From Patescibacteria group bacterium (lineage in GTDB: Bacteria; Patescibacteriota; Minisyncoccia; UBA6257; 2-01-FULL-56-20), in contig JANLHI010000032.1 of the NCBI GenBank assembly GCA_024654525.1, positions 64,172 to 128,171 of the forward strand: a DNA stretch of 64,000 bases. The letters run 5' to 3'. The notes below the pieces were generated by a model. It was given only the letters and a program-made list of their open reading frames with translations, ran no database searches and had not been told where the DNA came from. The position numbers and the translations under genes were made by a program. Shown here piece by piece: positions 34,161-44,114 of this stretch. Each line of letters opens with the position of its first letter. Within the stretch, counting starts at the first letter, position 1.

Positions 34161-35759
34161 ATGCAAAAGAAAATTCAATCAATACTCATAGATATATTTG
34201 AGACTTCGGAACTCGTTTCGGTAACTGTGCCGGTGAGCGGCCTTCACGGACATTATGCGACGAATGTGGCGTTTGCGTTCGGGAAAACGCAACAACGGAA
34301 ACCTGCGGAAGTCGCGAAGGAGTTTGTAGAAAAAATTCTTGCCACCGCGCCGGAAGGATTTTTTAAAAAAGTAGAAGCGACATCGCAAGGATTCATAAAT
34401 TTTTGGCTTACTCCTTCGGCGTTTCACGAAGAGCTTGGAATAATTCTTGAGGAGGGCGCGCGATACGGATCGGATGATATCCTTAAAGGGAAGAAAGTTC
34501 AGATTGAATTTATTTCCGCGAATCCTACGGGACCGCTTACACTTGCGAACGGGCGAGGAGGATTTTTCGGTGACGTATTCGCAAATGTTCTCGAATATTT
34601 TGGCGCAGAAGTTGAGCGGGAATACTATGTGAATGATACGGGGAATCAGATTATCACCCTTGGAAAATCCGTGCTTGCGGTTGCGGGAAAGATTCCTGTC
34701 GAAGAGAAATTTTATAAAGGATCATATGTTGCCGAGTGGGCGGCGGAACATGCGGACGTGATTGTTCTTCACGAGAATAATCCATTGCAGTTGGGACAAG
34801 CCGTTGCAAAGGATTTATTTGATAAGATTCGCACGGTCATAGAGAAAAAAGCGAATATTCGATTTGACCGATGGACTTCCGAATACGGGGATATCCATAA
34901 AAAAGGGTTTATCGAAAAAATAATAAAACTTCTCAAAGCAAAAGGGTTACTTTACGATGCCGAAGGCGCCACATGGCTTAAAACTACCCAGTTTGGAGAT
35001 GATAAAGATAGGGTTGTGGTGACGAGTGATAAATTTCCGACATATTTTCTTGCCGATGCGGGGCATTTTTTGGAAACAAAAGAGAGGGGTTTTGACGAAA
35101 AGATTTTTTTGTTTGGTCCGGATCATTACGGATATGTGAAACGTATTAGCGCGGTTGCGGAGCTTGTGGGCATTGCAAAATCCGAAGCGATTGTTACGCA
35201 GGCGGTACGGCTTGTGGAAGAGGGGAAGGAGGTGAAGATGTCGAAGCGAAAAGGTGAATTTATCATGCTTGAAGAGTTGATTGATGAAGTGGGGACGGAT
35301 GCCACGCGTTTCTTCTTTCTTCAAGTTTCTCCAGAGGCACACATGGATTTTGATTTGGGACTTGCGAAAGAGAGATCGTCAAAAAATCCTGTATACTATG
35401 CACAATACGCATATGTGAGAGCGAGGAAGATTTTGGAACATTCAGAGAATAAGGATCAGGGATTAGAAAGTAAGCACGCGCTTTCTCGGCTTACAGGGGA
35501 GAATGAATTGAGGCTTATCCGGACGCTTGTGCGGATGCCGGAGGTGATGCACGGATCTCTTGAAGCGAGGCGTGTGCATCGTATTACTCAATATGTTGTA
35601 GAGGTGGCAAGCGCATTCCATAGATTCTATGAAGCGGAGAGAGTGGTCGGTGAACCGAAGGAGATCGAAGATGCGCGTATTCTTCTTGTGCGCGGGGCAG
35701 CTGTCATTCTTGAAAATACGCTCACTATACTTGGTGTGAGCAGGCCGGAGGAGATGTAG
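34161..35759 (+). CDS. argS: Arginyl-tRNA synthetase
   Basis: ISANPTGPLTLANGRGG (HIGH-equivalent region). C-terminal DALR anticodon-binding region. Start placed at MQKKIQ because an inverted repeat overlaps the upstream ATG. Confidence 0.85.
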   Translation: MQKKIQSILIDIFETSELVSVTVPVSGLHGHYATNVAFAFGKTQQRKPAEVAKEFVEKILATAPEGFFKKVEATSQGFINFWLTPSAFHEELGIILEEGARYGSDDILKGKKVQIEFISANPTGPLTLANGRGGFFGDVFANVLEYFGAEVEREYYVNDTGNQIITLGKSVLAVAGKIPVEEKFYKGSYVAEWAAEHADVIVLHENNPLQLGQAVAKDLFDKIRTVIEKKANIRFDRWTSEYGDIHKKGFIEKIIKLLKAKGLLYDAEGATWLKTTQFGDDKDRVVVTSDKFPTYFLADAGHFLETKERGFDEKIFLFGPDHYGYVKRISAVAELVGIAKSEAIVTQAVRLVEEGKEVKMSKRKGEFIMLEELIDEVGTDATRFFFLQVSPEAHMDFDLGLAKERSSKNPVYYAQYAYVRARKILEHSENKDQGLESKHALSRLTGENELRLIRTLVRMPEVMHGSLEARRVHRITQYVVEVASAFHRFYEAERVVGEPKEIEDARILLVRGAAVILENTLTILGVSRPEEM

Positions 35760-35812
35760 AGTAATGATTCATAACCAACAACTTATAACTTAATAGCATA
35801 TAACAAGAAGCG

Positions 35813-38800
35813 ATGACTGAAGATTTTTCAAAAGGAGAATTTAAATTATCGGAAGGGGATTTCGTCCTCCCGAAGGCGGAAGAGAGTATCCTTGCGTTTT
35901 GGGAGAGTAAGGAAATTTTTGCGAAATCTCTCGAAAAAACAAAAAATGGGAAGCCCTTCACATTCTATGATGGACCTCCGTTTGCAACGGGAACTCCCCA
36001 TTATGGGAGTCTGTTGAGTTCCATTATTAAAGATGTAGTGGGGAGGTATCAGACCATGAAGGGGCGATATGTACGTCGCCGATGGGGTTGGGATTGTCAT
36101 GGATTACCGATTGAAGAAATCGTTGAACGGGAGCTTGGTATTTCGGGGAAGAAGCAAATAGAAGAGCTTGGTATCGAAAAGTTCAATCAGACGTGTCGTA
36201 CTATGGTATTGCAGTATGTTGTTGAATGGAAAAAGATGATTCGTCGTATTGCGCGATGGGTGGATTTTGATAATTCATACAAGACGATGGATCGGGATTT
36301 TATGGAATCCGTATGGTGGGCGTTTAAACAGATGTACGACAAGAATCTTATCTACGAAGGGAGAAAAGTCCTTCTCTATTGTCCGCGGTGCGAGACACCG
36401 GTATCAAACTTTGAAGTGGCGATGGACAACTCGTATAAGGAAGTCACTGAAGAGGCCGTGACGGTGAAATTCAAAGTGAAGCCTGGGCAGAAAATAGGGA
36501 AGTGGGAAGTGCAGGAGCATACCTACTTTATTGCATGGACTACAACTCCATGGACGCTCCCTGGTCATGCGGCTCTCTATGTTTCAGAAACTATGGAATA
36601 CGTACGAGTAAAGCAGGGAAACGAATTTTATATTGTGGCAAAGGCTTTGCTGGAGAATATCTTTAAGGGAATATATGAAGTTTCGGAGGATATCAAGGCA
36701 AAAGATTTAGTTGGCCTTTCTTATACGCCACCGTTTGAGGTTCCCGTAATGGCTTCGCCACAGTCATTTAAGGTGTGGGTTGGAGATTTTGTTACTGCTG
36801 ATGCGGGCACCGGTGTGGTACATAGTGCGGTTGTGCATGGAGAAGAGGATTACCAGCATGGCATAAAATCGGGATTACCCACCGTTTTACTTCTTGATGA
36901 AAAGGGTCACTTCAACGAGAAGGCGCCGGAGCTTGTGCGCGGGCAGTACTTCAAAAAGGCGGACAAGATTATCATTCAAGACCTTGAAACGCGAGGACTG
37001 CTTTTTGCAAAAGCGCCGCATGCGCATTCATACCCTCACTGCTGGCGTTGCGCTACCGCGCTCTTTTATAACGCCATCCCCGCGTGGTTTGTGAATATAC
37101 AAAAAATCAAACCGGAGCTTTTGAAATCAAACGAGAAGGAAATAAATTGGTTTCCCGCGCATCTGAAATTCGGAAGGTATGCGAACAGTGTGTCGCAAGC
37201 TCCCGATTGGAATATTTCTCGGAACCGCTACTGGGGAAATCCCATTCCCGTATGGAAGTGTGAATCGTGCGGGGAAAATACGGTAGTAGGAAGCATTCAC
37301 GAGTTGGGATTAGGAACAAATACGCTTTATGGTGCACGGCATGGACTTGCGGAGAGTAATATCCGCACAATTCACAGCGGATACATGGAGAACGACCCGA
37401 TTGATCTTGTGGAAAAAGGCGTGCAGCAGGCAGAGGAGATGGCGAAACATTTGAAGAAGGGTGGGGGAGTCGATTTGATTGTGTCGTCTGACGTACGACG
37501 TACGAAGCATACTGCAGAAATTGTCGCGAAGATTCTGGGATGTCCCGTAGAATATGATGCGCGTTTACGTGAATGGAATTTGGGTATATGGAATGGCAAG
37601 CCGTGTGAAGGACTGCATCACAAACTTCCTTTTGAGAAGCGATGGACAGAGGCGCCCGAAGGAGGAGAGACGTGGACAGACCTTCAAGCGCGGATGGTGG
37701 AGGCGGTAAAAGATATTAATCAAAAACATAAAAATACGCGAATACTTATTATTAGTCATGGGGATCCGCTGTGGCTTGTGCGGAAATACTTTGGTGCGGA
37801 GACTGGATATCCGGGAGTTGGCGAGGTATTCTCGCTTAACGTCGATATTGACGACCTTCATCGTCCGGGAATTGATGCGGTAACGCTTCCATGTAAATGC
37901 GGTGGCACTGCGCGACGCATTAAAGAGATTTTTGATTCATGGATGGAGGCGGGTTCAATGCCTTTTGCTGAATATCATTATCCTTTTGAGCAAAAGGATT
38001 TATTCGAATCGCGCCTTCCGGCGCAGTTTGTTGCGGAGTATATTCCACAGACGCGTGCATGGTTTTATGTGATGCATGTCACGTCGCTCATTCTTTTTGG
38101 GAAGGCGCCCTTCGAGAATGTGGTAACTACCGGTACCGTGCTTGCCGAGGATGGTGCAAAAATGAGCAAATCAAAACGAAATTATCCTGATCCGTGGGAA
38201 GTGATTGAGCGTTACGGTTCCGATTCTCTTCGATTTTATCTTATGCATTCGCCGGTGATGCAAGCGGAGGATTTAAATTTTAGCGCGCGCGAACTCGAGG
38301 GGCTTCACCGGAAAATTGTGCTCATTTTGTCGAATGTGGAAAAATATTTTGTAACGTACGCAAGGGAGTCAGATTTCAGATATCAGATTTCAGATCTCGG
38401 ACAAGAATCCGAAAATATACTGGATCAATGGATTGTTGCGCGAACAAAAGAATTGGTAAGCGGCGTGACGGAATATATGGATGTCTACGACACCGTGCGT
38501 GCGACACGGATTATTGAAGAATATATCTCTGATCTTTCTACGTGGTATGTACGTCGGAGTAGGGGGAGGAGGGATGAGGTATTTTTTAGAACATTATGCG
38601 ATACGCTTCTTACGACAAGTAAAGTGATTGCGCCTTTCATGCCCTATCTTGCGGAGCATATCTATCACTCGACTCGTGAATTTAGCGGGGTTTTGGAAGA
38701 GTCAGTGCATCTTGTCGATTGGCCGAAAGGGAAAAAACTTACAAAAGACGAGGAGGCGTTGCTTCGTGATATGGTGCTGGTGCGCGATCTTGCGAGTAAA

Positions 38801-39250
38801 GCGCTTGCAGTGAGGAAAACGGCGGGGATTCCCATTCGACAGCCGCTCGCGACGCTGCGAATTAGAAATGGGAACATCGGGAATGATAAAAACAGAATAG
38901 ATTTTATGTGGATATTAGTGGAGGAGTTGAATGTGAAGGAGATTAAAATCGACTCATCTATTTCCGAGGATGTGATGTTTGATACGGTAATCACTCCGGA
39001 ATTAAAAATCGCAGGTTTCGTGCGCGGACTTGAGCGTAGTATTCAAGGGTTGAGAAAAACACAAGGATTTAACGTGGGAGAGGAGGCCGTGCTTTTTTAT
39101 GAAACCGCTGATGTGGATTTGGAGTCTGCGATAAAGCAGGTTGATATAAAGAAAACTTATATTAAGAGTATTAAACGTGCTCAAAAAGAAAATGCTTTAA
39201 AGCACACGTTTGAGGGTAAAGAAATAGGAATTATCCTCGAAAAAGTGTAA
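35813..39250 (+). CDS. ileS: Isoleucyl-tRNA synthetase (type 2) with an in-frame histidine-phosphatase domain insertion
   Basis: PPFATGTPHYGS (HIGH), KMSKS, CP1 editing-domain motifs. At 1145 aa it is about 180 aa longer than expected. Confidence 0.85.
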   Translation: MTEDFSKGEFKLSEGDFVLPKAEESILAFWESKEIFAKSLEKTKNGKPFTFYDGPPFATGTPHYGSLLSSIIKDVVGRYQTMKGRYVRRRWGWDCHGLPIEEIVERELGISGKKQIEELGIEKFNQTCRTMVLQYVVEWKKMIRRIARWVDFDNSYKTMDRDFMESVWWAFKQMYDKNLIYEGRKVLLYCPRCETPVSNFEVAMDNSYKEVTEEAVTVKFKVKPGQKIGKWEVQEHTYFIAWTTTPWTLPGHAALYVSETMEYVRVKQGNEFYIVAKALLENIFKGIYEVSEDIKAKDLVGLSYTPPFEVPVMASPQSFKVWVGDFVTADAGTGVVHSAVVHGEEDYQHGIKSGLPTVLLLDEKGHFNEKAPELVRGQYFKKADKIIIQDLETRGLLFAKAPHAHSYPHCWRCATALFYNAIPAWFVNIQKIKPELLKSNEKEINWFPAHLKFGRYANSVSQAPDWNISRNRYWGNPIPVWKCESCGENTVVGSIHELGLGTNTLYGARHGLAESNIRTIHSGYMENDPIDLVEKGVQQAEEMAKHLKKGGGVDLIVSSDVRRTKHTAEIVAKILGCPVEYDARLREWNLGIWNGKPCEGLHHKLPFEKRWTEAPEGGETWTDLQARMVEAVKDINQKHKNTRILIISHGDPLWLVRKYFGAETGYPGVGEVFSLNVDIDDLHRPGIDAVTLPCKCGGTARRIKEIFDSWMEAGSMPFAEYHYPFEQKDLFESRLPAQFVAEYIPQTRAWFYVMHVTSLILFGKAPFENVVTTGTVLAEDGAKMSKSKRNYPDPWEVIERYGSDSLRFYLMHSPVMQAEDLNFSARELEGLHRKIVLILSNVEKYFVTYARESDFRYQISDLGQESENILDQWIVARTKELVSGVTEYMDVYDTVRATRIIEEYISDLSTWYVRRSRGRRDEVFFRTLCDTLLTTSKVIAPFMPYLAEHIYHSTREFSGVLEESVHLVDWPKGKKLTKDEEALLRDMVLVRDLASKALAVRKTAGIPIRQPLATLRIRNGNIGNDKNRIDFMWILVEELNVKEIKIDSSISEDVMFDTVITPELKIAGFVRGLERSIQGLRKTQGFNVGEEAVLFYETADVDLESAIKQVDIKKTYIKSIKRAQKENALKHTFEGKEIGIILEKV
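37314..37851 (+). other. Histidine phosphatase (PGAM/SixA-like) domain embedded in IleRS between WKCESCGE...SIHELGLG and DLHRPGID...CKCGG
   Basis: LYGARHGLAESN (RHG motif), VSSDVRRTKHTAEIV (second Arg), ILIISHGDPL (catalytic His). The flanking IleRS zinc-knuckle halves are otherwise contiguous in type-2 IleRS. Confidence 0.75.
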
Positions 39251-39270
39251 TTAAGAGAATGGGTTTCTTA

Positions 39271-40251
39271 CTACGATTGAGGAACATCTTTTATCCTGCT
39301 CTTTTTAACGAATAAGTTATGATAGGGCGCCCGCTCTCCTTCTTTGAGAGGGCGAAGATCTCCTTTATCAAAGGTATAGGGTTGATAGCCGAAGTTTTTC
39401 AGAAATGAAAATATTTCTCGGGAGTCGGTGGAGTTCACCTCCGACCACAGGAGGGGGGCATCTTCTCTTTTGAGTAATTGTGTTGCCCCGCGCAGGACTT
39501 CTATGGTTTTGCCTTCAACATCGCATTTTATGAAATCCACCTTCGAAATCGCGTTTTTTTGAACATAGGAATCAAGAGTAATTACCTCTACATCCCGAAC
39601 TTCTCCTTGGCTGGTGTGTTCCCGCTCGGACGCGGTAATCAGCCGGGCAAATGCGGGACCGAGGGATTTTTGCACAAGGAATGGCTCGGACCCGAGTTTG
39701 TCGCTTAGGGCAATTTGTTCCAAGTTAAAGCGCGTCCGATCGTGGAAATTCAACCCCATGTTCTTTTGGAGTTCGGAGTAGCTTTGAGGTTCGGGTTCGA
39801 AGCAATACAGTTTTCCGGCTGAACCGACGAGGCGCGCAAAGACCACTGACCACCAACCAAAACTTGCTCCAATGTCCATTACAGTTTGTCCAGGGCGAAC
39901 GAGAAGTTTAAATACAGCTGCTTCTGTTTGGTCATAAAGTCCTCTGTCGCGACATATGATAATACTCAAAAGACTATTTGGGTCTGTGGGGTCCCACACA
40001 AAAAAACGTCCGTCTTTAAGTTCTATGACACAATCCTCGGGCGTTACTCGGTATGAAGAGAGGGCACCGGTGGAAAGGAGAAAATGGCGCAGTTTAGTGA
40101 CGGCGCGCATTTGATTTTTCCCGGTAGTTCGCCAGAAAAATCTGAATATCGCGCGACCTGTTTGGAAAAAGAAAGACCCTCTCTTTAAGAAGGGTATTTT
40201 ATTGAGAATCTCTACAAGCTTCTCTTTTGTATTTTGGAGAAAAACAAGCAT
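39271..40251 (-). CDS. FkbM-family SAM-dependent methyltransferase
   Basis: MDIGASFGWWSV (SAM motif I). CDVEGKTIEVLRGA is typical of FkbM-family methyltransferases. Confidence 0.7.
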   Translation of the reverse strand: MLVFLQNTKEKLVEILNKIPFLKRGSFFFQTGRAIFRFFWRTTGKNQMRAVTKLRHFLLSTGALSSYRVTPEDCVIELKDGRFFVWDPTDPNSLLSIIICRDRGLYDQTEAAVFKLLVRPGQTVMDIGASFGWWSVVFARLVGSAGKLYCFEPEPQSYSELQKNMGLNFHDRTRFNLEQIALSDKLGSEPFLVQKSLGPAFARLITASEREHTSQGEVRDVEVITLDSYVQKNAISKVDFIKCDVEGKTIEVLRGATQLLKREDAPLLWSEVNSTDSREIFSFLKNFGYQPYTFDKGDLRPLKEGERAPYHNLFVKKSRIKDVPQS

Positions 40252-40266
40252 TTGGAAGTGCTGGCT

Positions 40267-41484
40267 CTATGTGATTGAAATCCCAATTTTTTTCTTCACT
40301 TCGGCAATTTTTTTCCCCGCAACTTTTGCGGCTTTTTTCGATCCCGCCGTAAGGAATTTTTTAAGCTGATTTGGCTTGGTAATCAACTTCTTTTTCTTTG
40401 CACGGAAAGAAGAGAAGTGATTTGTGGTAAGCGTAATGAGTTTTGATTTGAACTCGGAATATGTTTTTCCGGAAAATTGTTTTTCGACTCTCGAGATAGT
40501 TTCGTCAGAAAGCGAAGAGTAGATGCGGAGAAGGTTTGCCAACGCAGGCTTATTTTCTTCATCAAATTTTACTTCCGATCCTGAATCGGTTACCGCGCGT
40601 TTTATTTTTGTTTCAATATCTGAGGGGGAGTCATCAAGGAAAAGGCATCCGTTGGGTTCCGACTTAGACATTTTGCGCGCAGGATTGCCCAAGCTCATCA
40701 CACGCGGTACTTCGGTGAGAAGGGGTTTTGGTTCAATGAATGTTTCACCCCCGCCTTCGCCGAGGCTTCGGCGGGCAGGAAATCTCGCATTAAATTTCCG
40801 CACGAGCGTGCGCGTGAGCTCAAGGTGCTGGAGCTGGTCGTCGCCCACGGGTACGAAGGCAGTGTTATAGAGGATGATGTCCGCGGCCATCAAGACGGGG
40901 TAAGTGAAAAGACCCACATTCGTATCTTCGAGCGCCTTATTTGCGGTTTTTAAGTGTCTTCCTCTAACATCTTTGATTATCGCCCCAATTTTTTGTTTCA
41001 AAAGATAGCTAGGACGTATGGGCACCTCCATTTTTTTTGCTTCTTCTTCAATCTTAGACATGAACATTTTGTCATTTACTGTTTTTTCAAGAGCGTCTAG
41101 CTCATCTTGTATTCTTTTGTCATCCTCTAATAAACCGATTTTTTCTTTGAATTGAGTCATGCGATTTAATTCGCCGAATGGAGTGGCGGTTCCCAAAATC
41201 CACGCAAGCTCGCTATGCGCGGGAATCGCTGATTGGAGCGCAACCACAGATTTCTTAGGGTCAATGCCCGCCGCGAGATAATCAGCGGCAAGGTTCAGAA
41301 TGTTCTCGTGCAATTCCTCCGGCTCTGGACTTTCCGTAAGTGCGTGAAGATCTACTATCAAAAAATAACATTGATATCTTCCGGTTTTTTGAAGTAACAC
41401 CCAGTTTTTCAAAGCACCCAAGTAGTTTCCTATATGGAGTCTTCCGGTTGGCTGAATTCCCGAGAGAAGTATTGGTTTAGACAT
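40267..41484 (-). CDS. trpS: Tryptophanyl-tRNA synthetase (long form, about 70-aa internal insertion)
   Basis: SGIQPTGRLHIGNYLGA and FLIVDLHALT at the N-terminus. KMSKS. Confidence 0.85.
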   Translation of the reverse strand: MSKPILLSGIQPTGRLHIGNYLGALKNWVLLQKTGRYQCYFLIVDLHALTESPEPEELHENILNLAADYLAAGIDPKKSVVALQSAIPAHSELAWILGTATPFGELNRMTQFKEKIGLLEDDKRIQDELDALEKTVNDKMFMSKIEEEAKKMEVPIRPSYLLKQKIGAIIKDVRGRHLKTANKALEDTNVGLFTYPVLMAADIILYNTAFVPVGDDQLQHLELTRTLVRKFNARFPARRSLGEGGGETFIEPKPLLTEVPRVMSLGNPARKMSKSEPNGCLFLDDSPSDIETKIKRAVTDSGSEVKFDEENKPALANLLRIYSSLSDETISRVEKQFSGKTYSEFKSKLITLTTNHFSSFRAKKKKLITKPNQLKKFLTAGSKKAAKVAGKKIAEVKKKIGISIT

Positions 41485-41563
41485 GCGAATAGTTGTGTAA
41501 ATAATAGGTAATATGGAACAGGGTTCAATTTTCTGCTGTTTATTACATACTACCTACTTCGCA

Positions 41564-43222
41564 TTAAATCTCAATCACCACCGGCAGTATCATCGGCCTT
41601 CTCCTCGTCTTGTTGTAGAGGAATTGCCCCAGCTGGTCGCGAATAAGAGTCTTGAGATAGTCCGGTTCGAGCGGTTGGCTCGCGGGAAGGCGAGCGGTGA
41701 GTGCCCGGATGCGCTTGCGCATTTCTTCGAGTAGCTCCTGGTGTTCTTTGAGGAAAATGAAGCCGCGCGAAATAATGTCCGGACTTTTCAAAAGATGTCC
41801 GCCTTTGTCGCGGTCAATAGTAACGATAACCACTACCATGCCTTCTTGCGCCAATGCCCTGCGGTCGCGCAATACCACTTCTTCAACATCTCCTACTCCA
41901 AGTCCGTCCACCATTACATAGGATGCAGGCACGGTTTCTTTCGTGATGCGGAAAGTCTCTTCATTCATGGCGGCAACCTGACCGTTTTCCATAAGAAAAA
42001 CGTTTTGGCGCGGGATGCCGATTTCAACCGCGTTCTGCGCGTTCACGAAGCGCTTGTAGTAATAGCCGTGTACGGGAATGAGGAATTTCGGGTTAAGGAG
42101 TTTCATTGCGAGCTGGAGGTCTCCCTTCGTCGCATGACCCGACGAGTGAATGTCCACTATGTCGGAATGGTAAATGATAGCACCCTGCCGCGCGAGATCG
42201 TCTTTGATGGTTTGTACGCTCCGCTCGTTTCCGGGAATAACCGATGAGGAAAGCATGACGGTGTCCCCGGGTCTGATTGAAACCTGCCGGTGTTCGCCGT
42301 TGATGATTTTCATGAGCGAGGCGTTCGACTCGCCCTGTGCGCCGGTCGAGAGAATGAGAAGTTTGTTATCGCGATATTTGTGAATTTCTTCGAGGGGAAT
42401 AATCGCGCCATCTTTTGTCTTGATAAGTCCGAGGTTTTGCGCAATCTGCACGTTTGACTTCATGGAATATCCCGAGAGCGCCACATGCCGCCCGAGCTTG
42501 CCCGCAATTTTTATCACCTCGCCGATACGCGTAAGGACGGACGCGAACATCGCGACAATGATGCGCCCCTCGGCTTTTTCGAACAGTTCTTCGAGATTTT
42601 TTTCGACAATCCGCTCGGAGGGGGCTCGTTCAATGACATCGGCGCCCGTGCTGTCCGTCATAAACGCGGTAATGCCCATTTTACCCACGCGCTCCAGCTC
42701 GTCGAGGTTATACGCAACACCCTTCGCATCGTACTCGATTTTAAAATCGCCGAGACTCACCACTTTCCCTGCGGGCGTCGAGAGCACCACACCGACGGAT
42801 TCGGGAATGGTGTGTTCAACCGTGAAAAACTCCGCCTTGAAGTGATTCGAGAGCTGGATAACATCGCGCGGTTTTACGTTAACGAAAACGAGCTTCTGAC
42901 GGTTCGGGAAATCATCCTGCCGCTTTTCGATAATGGCGCGGCTCAAAGACGAAGTATAGATTGGAGGATTGCCGAGCTTATCCATCACGTAGGGCAGGGC
43001 ACCTATGTGGTCGTAATGCGCATGCGTGATAATAATCGCGCGGACATTCTCTTTGTGCGCTTCGAGGTATTCCGTATTGGGAATGATGTAATCCACCCCG
43101 GGAGTATTCTCTTCGGGGAACTGAAGTCCGGCATCAATAACGACTATTTCGTTTTTATATTCGAAAAACATCATATTGCGGCCGATGGTGTCCAATCCTC
43201 CGAGAGCCACAAAACGGAGCAT
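41564..43222 (-). CDS. rnj: Ribonuclease J
   Basis: MLRFVALGGLDTIGRNMMFFEY N-terminus, ITHAHYDHIGALPYV, beta-CASP and C-terminal domains. The ORF continues upstream to 43633 through GC-rich repeats (a possible 137-aa extension). Confidence 0.85.
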   Translation of the reverse strand: MLRFVALGGLDTIGRNMMFFEYKNEIVVIDAGLQFPEENTPGVDYIIPNTEYLEAHKENVRAIIITHAHYDHIGALPYVMDKLGNPPIYTSSLSRAIIEKRQDDFPNRQKLVFVNVKPRDVIQLSNHFKAEFFTVEHTIPESVGVVLSTPAGKVVSLGDFKIEYDAKGVAYNLDELERVGKMGITAFMTDSTGADVIERAPSERIVEKNLEELFEKAEGRIIVAMFASVLTRIGEVIKIAGKLGRHVALSGYSMKSNVQIAQNLGLIKTKDGAIIPLEEIHKYRDNKLLILSTGAQGESNASLMKIINGEHRQVSIRPGDTVMLSSSVIPGNERSVQTIKDDLARQGAIIYHSDIVDIHSSGHATKGDLQLAMKLLNPKFLIPVHGYYYKRFVNAQNAVEIGIPRQNVFLMENGQVAAMNEETFRITKETVPASYVMVDGLGVGDVEEVVLRDRRALAQEGMVVVIVTIDRDKGGHLLKSPDIISRGFIFLKEHQELLEEMRKRIRALTARLPASQPLEPDYLKTLIRDQLGQFLYNKTRRRPMILPVVIEI

Positions 43223-43336
43223 GTCGGTGGTGTCCTCGTGAGGAGTATGCGGAGCGTGGTATGAAGCCTCGTGCGAAACGATGGACTGGCGCACCTGTCC
43301 GCCGCTTTGACGAGCGCCTCTACCTGGGCGGTAAGC

Positions 43337-43576
43337 GCCTGCCTGCCGATAGGCATGGCCTGCCTGCCGATAGGCGGGATTTGGTGTTGGGTCGGCGGGT
43401 AAACTTCTTTTTCCGGGTCGGTGTGAGGGACGGGGAGGTGCAATGCGCTGGTGCCCTCCTTCGCTGGTGTGACTTGCGGGAGCGGCCTGCCGACGGGGCT
43501 CTGCCCGGCGCGCACCTGCCTGCCGGTAGGCAGGCCCCGCGTGCCGACCAGATATGCCTTGCCTATCAGCAGGCAG
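43337..43576. repeat. Cluster of four GC-rich near-palindromic REP-like repeats (GCCTGCCTGCCG[A/G]TAGGC...) in the rnj 5' extension
   Basis: Tandem copies at 43337-43354 and 43358-43375, a copy at 43515-43534, and a degenerate copy at 43557-43576. Same element as 31338-31358. Confidence 0.65.
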
Positions 43577-43684
43577 ACCCGTGGCAGGACGATCAAACGA
43601 TTTTTTTTCTGCTGGTTTTTGGTTGTTGAACATAACTGAAATGATTAATAATTTTTTACTTCTTACTACTTTTCTATCCTCTTC

Positions 43685-44020
43685 CTAATACAGTTTTCCT
43701 CCGATAACGGCATCGATTTTATCGGGAACAAGGAGTACACAACTTCCGCTGGCGTCCGGAACGCCGAGCGTCAGTACTTCGGAAGAGAAGGGGCCGATTT
43801 TTCGGGGAGGGAAGTTTACCACTCCGAGTACTCGTTTTCCTTGCAATTCCTCTTTACTATAGTGGGCGACAAGCTGCGCGCTTGATGTTTTGACGCCCAC
43901 TTCGGAACCGAAGTCCACAGTGAGTTTGTATGCGGGTTTCTTCGCTTCGGGAAAATCTTCGACCTTAATGATCGTTCCCACCCGGATGTCGAGTTTTTGG
44001 AAGTCGTCGTATGTGACCAT
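43685..44020 (-). CDS. tRNA-binding domain protein (CsaA/Trbp111-like, EMAP fold)
   Basis: DIRVGTIIKVEDFPEAKKPAYKLTVDFG...GKRVLGVVNFPPRKIGPFSSEVLTL is typical of the tRNA-binding OB fold. Confidence 0.7.
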   Translation of the reverse strand: MVTYDDFQKLDIRVGTIIKVEDFPEAKKPAYKLTVDFGSEVGVKTSSAQLVAHYSKEELQGKRVLGVVNFPPRKIGPFSSEVLTLGVPDASGSCVLLVPDKIDAVIGGKLY

Positions 44021-44030
44021 TGTTCTTTAG

Positions 44031-44114
44031 TGCTGGAGGGGAGAGTTGAACTCCCATGATCTTGCGATCGCTGGCTCCTGAAGCCAGTGCGTCTGCCAGT
44101 TCCGCCACCCCAGC
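44031..44114 (-). tRNA. tRNA-Leu (anticodon CAG)
   Basis: Cloverleaf by hand on the minus strand: acceptor GCTGGGG/CTCCAGC, anticodon stem CTGGC/GCCAG with loop TTCAGGA, long variable arm, T-arm GGGAGTTCAACTCTCCC. No encoded CCA. Confidence 0.8.

Noticed and set aside
43337-43576. Considered whether the GC-rich tandem repeats near 43.3-43.6 kb are a CRISPR array.
   Set aside because: The copies are about 18-21 nt, irregularly spaced, near-palindromic and embedded in an open reading frame. There are no uniform spacers and no cas genes. They look REP-like, not CRISPR.
43223-43633. Treating the 137-codon N-terminal extension of rnj as bona fide conserved coding sequence.
   Set aside because: It consists of repeat-derived low-complexity sequence. 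The canonical RNase J N-terminus begins exactly at the internal Met. Kept as a hypothesis in the findings instead.
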